From Octopus vulgaris (Eukaryota): a stretch of 64,000 nt of DNA. Below the pieces are notes generated by a model that saw nothing but the letters and a program-made list of their open reading frames with translations, made no database searches and had not been told where the DNA came from. This document shows positions 54,845-64,000 of this stretch, in pieces (within the stretch, counting starts at the first letter, position 1; every line of letters begins with the position of its first letter). The DNA is taken from positions 25,482,001 to 25,546,000 of the forward strand of contig OX597823.1 of the NCBI GenBank assembly GCA_951406725.2, read 5' to 3'. Made by a program: the position numbers and the translations under genes.

Positions 54845-55350
54845 CTAGATTCTGTTATTCTTTTTTTTAATACACACTGTCGGAGCTGCCCATTTTGCAT
54901 ATTCCACTTTTTGGATAACTCCAATTTTCTCTAATCTGTCTAATTCTTCATTGATATGTTTTATTACAGCAAAAGGTTCCATTCTTTTAGGTTTGAACAC
55001 TGGTACTGTGTTTTCCTTAATTTGGAAATATGCCTCAATCTTAGAACACAAACCTAATTTATCTAACAACACTTCAGGAAAAGTATTTTAAAATTTTTTC
55101 TTCAATTCATCTGATACCTTATTCTTACTGGAGGAACAATCATTTATGTAATTACAGATCAGATTTATAGGGAAGTCCCATAAATCAAGCAACTCCATTC
55201 AGTCAGTACCAAACAAGTTTGTTGCATTTTTTAACACAAACACTTTTGCATTATAGGTTTTTTGCCTAAGAAGTGTAATCTTTCACCTGTGATGCCTCGC
55301 AAACTTTTCAATATTTATTATAATGTAAATTACCCAATTTTCTGAGTTTG
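54845..55350 (-). mobile_element. Ty3/Gypsy pol fragment (protease-RT junction)
   Basis: 'PVFKPKR.EPFA..HINEELDRLEKIGVIQKVEYAKWAAPTVCIKKKN'. Confidence 0.8.
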
Positions 55351-55445
55351 GCTAGTCCATTCTCACAGAGGGGTCATGATTCTTGCCATAACATCATACC
55401 CAGAAAAATAAAACTAAGATTTTTCATAATAATAATAAAAATTAA

Positions 55446-55497
<52 letters not shown>

Positions 55498-55749
55498 GTT
55501 TCAAATTTTGCCACAAGGGCAGCAATCTTGTAGGAGGGGATATGTCAATTACATCAATTCCAGTGTTTCACTGGTACTTAATTTATTGACCCCGAAAGGA
55601 TGAAAGGCAAAGTCGACCTAGGTGGAATTTGAACACAGAACATAGTGACAGGCGAAATACCACTAAGCATTTTGTCCAGCATGCTAATGATTCTGCCAGC
55701 TCTGTCCTTAATAATAATGACAATAATAATAATAATAATAATAATAATA

Positions 55750-56370
55750 ATCTCTAGCTGCCCAGTCTTGGCTAAGAAGGAATATATTCACAGACATGAC
55801 AGAGTTGGAACCTACATACATTGGAAGCTATGCCAACATTATGGAATAACAACAGAAAAAAGATGGTATAGGCACACACCAGAAAAGGTCACAGAAAACG
55901 AGAAAGCAACCATACTCTGGGATATGCCGATACACACAGATAGAGAAATTAAGGCCAACAGACCAGATATAGTTGTCAGAGATCATGAAGAAAAAAATGC
56001 TTTCTAATTGATGTATCAATACCGGCTGATGACAACGTGTCTCTAAAAGAAATGGAGAAACTCTCAAAATACAAAGACCTGGAAATAGAGGTAACTAGAA
56101 TGTGGAATCTGAAAACAGAAACAATTCCTATCATAGTAGGTGCATTAGGCATGATAAAAAAATATTCAGACAAATACATAACAAAAACACCAGGACTTAC
56201 AAACACATATAACATACAGAAAATTGCACTACTAGGCACTGCATACATCCTACGCAGAACACTTTCCATACAATAACCATCAGAGCATCACAACAAATCA
56301 CAGCACATACCCAAGGCACACAGAGCTGTGCTTGGTAGTGAAGTGAAAGCACGCTATAAAAATAAAACTA

Positions 56371-56374
<4 letters not shown>
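55750..56374 (+). mobile_element. R4/Dong-like RLE LINE 3' end inserted in (AAT)n
   Basis: 'CPVLAKKEYIHRHDRV', 'ANRPDIV', 'KLSKYKDL'. (AAT)n on both sides, as established for Dong targeting. Confidence 0.9.
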
Positions 56375-56417
<43 letters not shown>

Positions 56418-56432
56418 TAATAATAATAATAA

Positions 56433-56484
<52 letters not shown>

Positions 56485-56699
56485 TATAATTCTTTCTACT
56501 ATAAGTACAATGCCTGAAATTTGTAGGAAGGTGCTAACCAGCTACAGGTGAAATGTTGCTGAGTATTTCATTTGTCTTTATGTTAGCATAACTGCTAATG
56601 ATTCTGCCAGTTTACACTGTATTGTTGCTGTTGTTGTTGCTGTTGCTGTAGCTGTTGCTGTTGCTGTAGCTGTTGTTGTTGCTGTTGCTGTAGCTGTTG

Positions 56700-57090
56700 C
56701 TGTTGAGCGAAGCCGTCTTCGTCCCAGAGCTCGCAAGATTGCACCTCTGTAGTGGGAGAAGTTCGAAATGTGGTCCTCTGCTATTCGTAAGACCCGCACA
56801 AGAGAAAGCAGGTTAACCCCCCGACACCGAGAGCATCGACGGATGGATGAATGCACATCCAGGCTCAGCGGTTGCGTAGGAAGTCGGGGACAAGAAACAG
56901 GAAGAAAGAGTGAGAGAAAGTTGGGGCGAAAGAGTACAACAGCAGTCGCCACCACCTCCTGCTGGAGCCTCATGGAGCTTTAGGTGTTTTCTCTCAATAA
57001 ACACACACAACGCCCGGTCTGGGAATCGAAGCCGTGATCCTCCGACCGCGAGTCCGCTGCCCTAACCATTGGGCCATTGCACCTCCACGC
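56700..57090 (-). mobile_element. tRNA-derived SINE (different family) with a (CAA/CAG)n tail
   Basis: A-box TGGCCCAATGG, B-box-like GCTTCGATTCC, GC-rich body, repeat tail at 56620-56705. Confidence 0.75.
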
Positions 57091-57193
57091 TGTTGTTGTT
57101 GTTGGTAGTGGTTTCTGATTTTGGCACAAAACCTTAAGTTTGGGGAAGAGGGTTAGTTGATATCATTGACCTAAGTAATTGATTGGTGTGCAT

Positions 57194-57264
57194 GGGCATA
57201 TGGCACAGTGATTAAGAGCATGGGCTACTAACCCCAAGATTCCAAGTTCAATTCCAGGCAGTAA

Positions 57265-57303
<39 letters not shown>

Positions 57304-57490
57304 CAACAATATCAAAAAGTACATTAGGAATGAGAACCCAGGTTCGAAAGTTCCCCAAGACACCTAATGAAGGCTGGAGGATATATCAGTTGAAACATGT
57401 TAACAACAAACAAGATGAGGACAAATATCCGTCAAATGTAAACATTGTAAATACTATATATAATTCCTCATCTCTTAAATATAGAACAGT
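57194..57490 (+). mobile_element. tRNA-headed element carrying a hammerhead and a Penelope-type tail
   Basis: A-box at 57201, B-box at 57246, (AAT)n, then gacac-CTAATGA-aggctg...cagtt-GAAAC. The tail is shared with 50404-50533. Confidence 0.7.
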
Positions 57491-58146
57491 AGTATAATAT
57501 GCTTTACAGTTTATGGTTAGGTGTACTGAATCAATGAGAATGAATGAAAAGGCAAGAAAAATTCTTTGCACCTGGTTGTCTCATGCTATATTGACTCATC
57601 TACTGAAATAAATTTTTTAAATGGAGTGTAGCCAACATCTGGCAATAACTGTTAATTCGTCTATAATACATGCTTTCCTTTATATATTTAGTTAAATTTT
57701 TGCATGAATAGGAAAACTTTGCAAATGAGAGGTGCTAATTGTCTTACCAATGATAATTAATGTTATATGTGAAATTAACTTGCTATAATCTCTGATTTAA
57801 AATTACTACCATTAACCCTTCAGGGTCATATCAGACCCATATATTCTACCTGTTTTATATTCAAACTGATCAGACCAGGCTTCTCACACCTACCCTGCAA
57901 TGTCATTCTAAAAGCTACAAGATGATGTATGATAAACTCAAAACAGCATGAATAAATAAGGATTACATTTGACAAAGTAACCTGAATGCTAAAGGGTTAA
58001 ACTTCTTATGTAGCTCACTATTGCCAGTATTCTTTCCAAACCACTTAGGCAAATCAAATTTGTAAAAGAAAAATATCTCCTAGCCAAGGAATTTAGGGAT
58101 AAAAACCAAAAGAATCTGTGGACATAAATGAATGATAACTACTTAC

Positions 58147-58242
58147 ATTGCAAGTTCTAGAAGCATGTCATATGTTGGTAGAACTGTGAGACTTACAAAT
58201 ATACCAAGTAATGCAAGGCATATGATATTTAACCACAAAAGA
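58147..58242 (-). CDS. SLC18B1: Isolated C-terminal-half exon of a second SLC18B1-like paralog (LLWLNIICLALLGIFVSLTVLPTYDMLLELA)
   Basis: Strong polypyrimidine acceptor (ttctttcttttcag), gtaagt donor, 96 nt, phase 2/2. Resembles the SLC18B1 TM10 exon 'QLWL..L...G.......PTF..IL..A'. Confidence 0.75.
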
Positions 58243-59689
58243 CTGAAAAGAAAGAAAGAATAAGACACATTAGAAATAATATGAATTAATTGTCGACAGT
58301 TTAATGTAAATTGATATTAGATATTATATGGCCTTGTGCCAAAATTTGAAACCGATATTAGATATTATAAAAGGTGGCAGAAATGTTAGCATGTTGGGTG
58401 AAATGCTTAGCTGTATTTCGTCTGTCTTTACATTCTGAGTTGAAATTCCACTGAGGTTGACTTTGCCTTTCATCCTTTCAGGGTCAATAAATTAAATACC
58501 AGTGGCATACTGGATTCAATCTAATCGACTGGCCCCCTCCCCCAAAATTTTGGGCCTTGTGCCTAGAGCAGAAAAGGATATTAGATATTATAAACAATAA
58601 ATTGGAACAAAAAAGGATGAAAAGATCTACTAAAGTATCTGTCACTTTCTATGTGACTAATCTGCATTGCAATCGATTCTACAATCACCTAATAAATGAC
58701 AGGTATGTGGTTCAAATCCCATCTGTGAGCTTGTTCTTTTTTATATATTTTCTTTTTTACTTATAGTTTGGTCTAGATAAAGGAGTAGCATCAATAACCT
58801 TTGCAGGACCACTGACATCAGTGTAATTGTAATTGATGCAATTAACATCTTAAATAAATACTACTAGGTGCAGCAGAAAGACTGCCCCAATTTCAAGGTT
58901 AATAAAATACAAACACATGAAGATGCATGAAAAAACATTGGCAATCACCACTTAAGTGATACAATTTTCAAAACCACTTGAATCACAATGGCATTTAGTG
59001 TACTTCATAGAAACATGAAGCTTTTTCTTGTACCTTCATGTGTTTGTTTTTTATTATCCTTTAACATCAGGGTAACCTTTCTGCTGCACCCTGTATTAAA
59101 AATGTCGTCTTATAGGTGCAGGCATGACTATGAGATTAAAAGCTTGATTAACAACCACATTGTTCCAGATTCAGTGACACTGTGTGGCATCTTGGGCAAG
59201 CATCTTCCACCATAGCATCAGGTCCACCAAAGCATTGTTAGTGGATTTGGTAGAGAGAAACTGAAAGAAGCTCATCATGTCTGTCTGTGTGTCTGTGTTT
59301 CTCCCCTACCACCACTTGACAACCAGTGTTTATGTGTTTACATTCACATAATTTAGCAGATCAGCAAAAGCGATTGATAGAGTGAGCACCATGCTTAATA
59401 AAAAGAGTACTGGGGTCAATACATTCAACTAAACGCCTTCTAGGTGATTCCCCAACATGGCAGCTTTCTAATTAATGACTGAAACAAATAGAAGATAAAA
59501 GAAAAAAAGGATTATTTATATAACCATTAACAATATAGTAGACATAATTCTGAAGTGTTTCTGTAAATTAAATCCTACAGGAAATGCATTGGCCATTGAA
59601 AATTTGCCTCAATGAACTGTCTGACACATGCAAGTATAAAAAAGTGGACACTAAAATATGTGAGTACATATATAGATAATATACATATG

Positions 59690-59725
<36 letters not shown>

Positions 59726-60399
59726 TGTGTACGTGTGTGTTCATTCTTTCTTTTAACTTTAAGTTTGTTTTAGACTGGCCACCTTCCTGAAAAAGGAAAT
59801 TGTCATCATCTCGTGTAAGTGCATATCCTTTGAATTATAAGAATGTTTTACAAATTTTGAAGGCTCCAGATATCACAAACATTTGTAGCTGATGAATTAA
59901 AGAGCTATGTTGTTTCTTCAGAAATCCAAGGCCAAGTTGTATTTTGTCCAGGCAGGGTGGTATGTAATCTGTAGCTCCAACAATAACAAGTATGGAGATA
60001 AATGTGCATCTTGCATATTGGATCGGAAAACTTCTCATCAATGGTCTTTAAGTATCTTCCCCCTTTTGCATTTTTCTTACCAAACTGACATCAAGTGGGC
60101 AACTGGTTTTCTATGACAAAGCATGCTTATAATGTGTGTTCACAAACAATAATATCAGGCTGGTTGCAGTTTTTATTTTTAGGTTCTACCAGTTTTCCTT
60201 TGAGCTGTCTGTCTCAACACATTCCTTCCCATTTTGATTTTATTTTTGTCTTCTGCAAGGGCATTCCATTTTGTTCTAGCTAACACATAATGTCTCACAG
60301 GGAAGTAGTAATGAGACAACATTCTTTCACAGTTGGCAATAATGTGGCTAACATGCTCAATTTTATTTTGCACAACCGATATTTTTGTCAACTGATAAC

Positions 60400-61567
60400 C
60401 TTCCTTTTGCCATCTTTGTAGGAACTTCATTATTCCACGTTCATAAAACTTCAGGTCCTTATCAGCCAAAAACTGAAGCAAGTGCAAATTCTGTTCATCA
60501 TCATTGTTGAAAGTTTTAACATTCAAAGAATTTTGCAAATTTCGAAATAAGTGGTAATCTGTTGGTGCAAGGTCAGTGCTATATGGTGAATGTGACATCA
60601 CTTCCCAACCAAGCACCAATAATTTTCACAAGTTAGCAAAGATGTGTGTGGTCTAGTGTTGTCATGGTGGAACTTAATTTCTTTATGATTTGACAAGTCT
60701 GGTCATTTTTCTTTTGATTGCTTCCTCCAGTTTCACTAGTTGTTGACAGTAAACATCCGTATTGATCTTTTTGTTCCTTGGAAGCAGCTCCAAATACACA
60801 GCACTTTTGTAATCCTACTAAATTGACTGCATGACCTTTTTTTGATGCAATTTACTTTTTGATGTGGTTTGTGCTGGTTCATTACGCTTGAACCATGATC
60901 GTTTTCGATTGATGTTATTGTAAACAATCCATTTTTCATCATCAGTGATGATTCGGTTCAAAATAAGGTCGATTTCATTGCGTTTGAGATGCATATCACA
61001 AATATTGATTCATCGTATTAAGTGAATCTCTTTCAATTTCTGTGGAACCCAAATATTGTGCTTCTTAACAAGTCCAAGACATTTTAAGTGATTTTCAGTT
61101 GTTATGATATATTTACCCTCTCTACAATCTCTGGTACAGCTATATGACATCTAGATTCAATAATGACTTTGATTCGGTCATCATCAACTTCAGTAGGTTG
61201 ACCAGAACGTTGGTCATTTTTGAGTGAAAAATCCTGAACATAATTCTAAAAACCATTTCTGTGATGTGCATTCTGTTAAGCAATCAATACCATAAACTTC
61301 ACATATCTCTTTGTGAGCCTCAGCAGCTTTCTTGCCTTTACGAAAATAAAAAAGCAAAATATGGCAAAAATGTTCGTGTTTGCCATCAATGTTAAAATTG
61401 ACATTGAACTAACAGCTGTAAACAAAATTATGTGCAATTTGCTTCTAAAATAAAGTAAAAGTAAAAGCTGTCAAAAGGAAAAAAAGTAATGACATTGACA
61501 AAAGTCATTCAAAACAATCGAAACTTTATCTGTTTACAAGAACAAAATTACTTTCTTGCCAACCCAG
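60400..61567 (-). mobile_element. Mariner transposon, decayed, 3' TIR missing
   Basis: TIR ctgggttggcaagaaagtaat with TA. 'HSPYSTDLAPTDYHLFRNLQNSL'. Confidence 0.88.
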
Positions 61568-61649
61568 TATGTGATGTAACACTATGTATGTATGTCTCTT
61601 CTGTTTTTCATCATTTAAATTTCTCCTCTGAAGAAGGATCTAGTTTCTA

Positions 61650-61950
61650 ACAATGATACAAAACTCCATCTTTGGAATGTATATAACAAAAATAATGTCA
61701 CATTTTAAATCTGAGAAAGATCTTTCATAGTTTTATTGTTCCACTTACAGATTGTATTTGTAATGTATGAATCGGTTGGTTGATTGCTTTTTCTGAAAGT
61801 TCAAGCTTATCCAGACTGAAAGTTAGGCATTTACTTACAAAACCAAGTGCTCCAATTATTATTGGTATAAATATAAATTTGTAATTGGGATATAGAAACT
61901 GGAAGTTTATAAGTAGTTGTCTATAGTTATCCTCTTTTTCTTTGATTTTC
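61650..61950 (-). mobile_element. RLE-type LINE C-terminal fragment
   Basis: 'KEKEDNYRQL...LYPNYKFIFIPIIIGALG'. A related piece lies at 39540-39680 (+). Confidence 0.65.
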
Positions 61951-61983
61951 AAAGAGATATTAATATCAGCAGGATGTAAGTAC

Positions 61984-62062
<79 letters not shown>

Positions 62063-62081
62063 CAGATAGATAGATAGATAG

Positions 62082-64000
62082 ATTTCTTTATTGACCACGC
62101 AGGGCTGAACACAGAAGGGACAAAATACAAAGTAGAGCTTTTCTTTTGGGGGAGAAGAGAAGGAAAAAAGGAAAAAGAAAAAAAGTGGGTCGAATTCCGA
62201 TCTAAAGGGATCGTGAAAAAAAGTGAAGACGATCAATTGGGATCGTGTATCACAGAAATATCAATGTAAAAAGGGAAAACAGATTAGATTTGTCCATGGA
62301 TAGAAACGCCTACGGAAAAAAACCATGGTAACCTTGGGCAATAGTGTCATGCAAAAAGAAAGCACATTACAGTAAGTGGCTCTCTTTTTTTCCTTCGTTT
62401 TTTTTTCTTGTTCATAGGATTATGCTCAAGCTGGCTCCGTCATTCACACGTGCCATCTTTGCTACATTCACCCATCTTTTTTTTTTAACCATTCACTAGA
62501 CAAAACTTTCCTCTCTACTCTCACTTTCCTCTTCAAGTGATACATGAAAAAGTTGATGAGAGATTGACCAGAGAGGAAAGTGTTTGTCTCTAGACCTTTC
62601 AGACGCGTCCACCATGAACATTCTTTCGCCATGGCCACAAGTACGATGAAAATGGCTCTTCCTTCCCGTTTCAAGGAAGGAGGCGCGACAATATTCACGA
62701 TAGACTCGGTTGATAAATCGACTCATCCCACACGCGATAGTAGTCGTTCGACATAGGCCCACAGGTTGGAAATGGTTGGACACTGTACGAGTGCGTGTAG
62801 GACGGTTTCGTCGCTCTGGCCGTATCTCGGATAGGTCGGCCCCGTGTTTCTCGAGCCATGCCTGTAGAGCTTATTCCGAACGGGTAGCGCTTCTCGATAG
62901 CACTGCCAGGCCAAGGGTCTCTGGAAGTTGTCCATTGGTCCCAACCCGAAAGTCGTATTGAACTGGCACGTCAGGTATTCCTCGTCGACGCCCAGTTTCG
63001 CCCCGAGATCGTCGTCGTACCTTCCCTCCACTAATCCCCCATAGAATGCTTTGGTTGTGTTGAAGTCGCCGGAGATGTCGCATTCTCAGCGCGTGCTACG
63101 CATCATCAACCACGGCATACCCAGCCCTCCTTTTAACGGGTGTTGGCACAAACTGATCGCCTGACCATCGGAACGCATCCTTTCCACAAGAAGTGGAAGA
63201 GAATGCGTTCTAGTTTGGTGATGGTAGGGTCAGGACAAGACACGACGGTCAGACGGTAGTAGATGACGGACGTGATGTACGTGTTCGTCACCTCCGCCCG
63301 ACCTTTGAGGGACAGCTTCCTCTCGGCCCATTGCTGGGCGAGAGTGACCACCCTACTCGTTATCTCGTCCCACTTCTTTTCCATTTGGAAGTCCGGACCA
63401 AATCAGACCCCGAGCAATTCGACCGGACCGTCGGTCCAGCGTCCCACAACGGAGGCGCTGGTGGACGGCATGGGCTTACTTCTCCAGGTGCCGAGCCGCA
63501 AGCCCACTTGATTGATTTTCGCCCGGTTGATTTTCGCTCCTGTTACCGCTTCGTAGTCTTTCAGTGTTTTGTCAACCAGCTCGATGTGCTTCTGGCTAGA
63601 CACTATGACGGTGACGCCGTCTGCGTATGCAGACACGCTCGTCCCGCATCCCAATTCTCGCGAGATGCCCCTCAGAGTCACCAGCTTCTGCATTAGTGAC
63701 TCGAGAGTCAATACGTATAGAAGCGACGAGAGGGGGCATCCCTGACGGACTGAACGTGCAATGTCGAAAGGTCTCGATAGATGTCCATTTACGCGAATTA
63801 CCGAACGGATGCTTCTGCACAATGCAGCTATCCAGCCGCGGAAGACGGGACCGAAACCAGCCGCTATCTATGAAGGCAGCCTCCAAATATCGATGGTCTG
63901 CCCTATCGAAAGCTTTGGATTGATCCAAATTGATCAGGGCCCCACCCATGCCAGGTTCCTTAACTACGCTGTCTATGATGTAGCGCCTCAGATGGAGATT
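62082..64000 (-). mobile_element. Tx1/L1-clade LINE ORF2 (RT to 3' end) ending in (ATCT)n
   Basis: 'LINLDQSKAFDR', 'SVRQGCPLS', 'AYADG', 'RKLSLKGR', 'WQCYREALPV'. AATAAAG followed by (GATA)n at 61985-62081. Confidence 0.92.

Overview
AT-rich, repeat-dense eukaryotic DNA, most likely Octopus/cephalopod. This is inferred from the tRNA-derived SINE families and the (AAT)n/(TA)n/(CA)n richness. One protein-coding gene could be assembled by hand on the minus strand: seven phase-consistent GT-AG exons (30158->8170, 269 codons) of a divergent SLC18B1-like MFS transporter whose 3' half was not found in the window. A single C-terminal-half exon of a second, upstream SLC18B1-like paralog lies at 58147-58242. 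The rest is mobile DNA: SINE arrays, Tx1/L1-like and R4/Dong-like LINEs, three Penelope-like (PLE) RT/GIY-YIG remnants, Tc1/mariner copies and MITEs, Helitrons and a Gypsy fragment. Highlights: (i) about ten minimal type I hammerhead-ribozyme motifs, several in long palindromes and one fused behind a tRNA-like Pol III head; (ii) a PLE endonuclease with 297 codons between its GIY and YIG tyrosines, filled by an in-frame Thr/Pro/Ala-rich segment; (iii) a Tx1-like LINE and a tail-sharing SINE that both insert at the same position inside SINE copies. All calls come from manual reading; no database searches were run.
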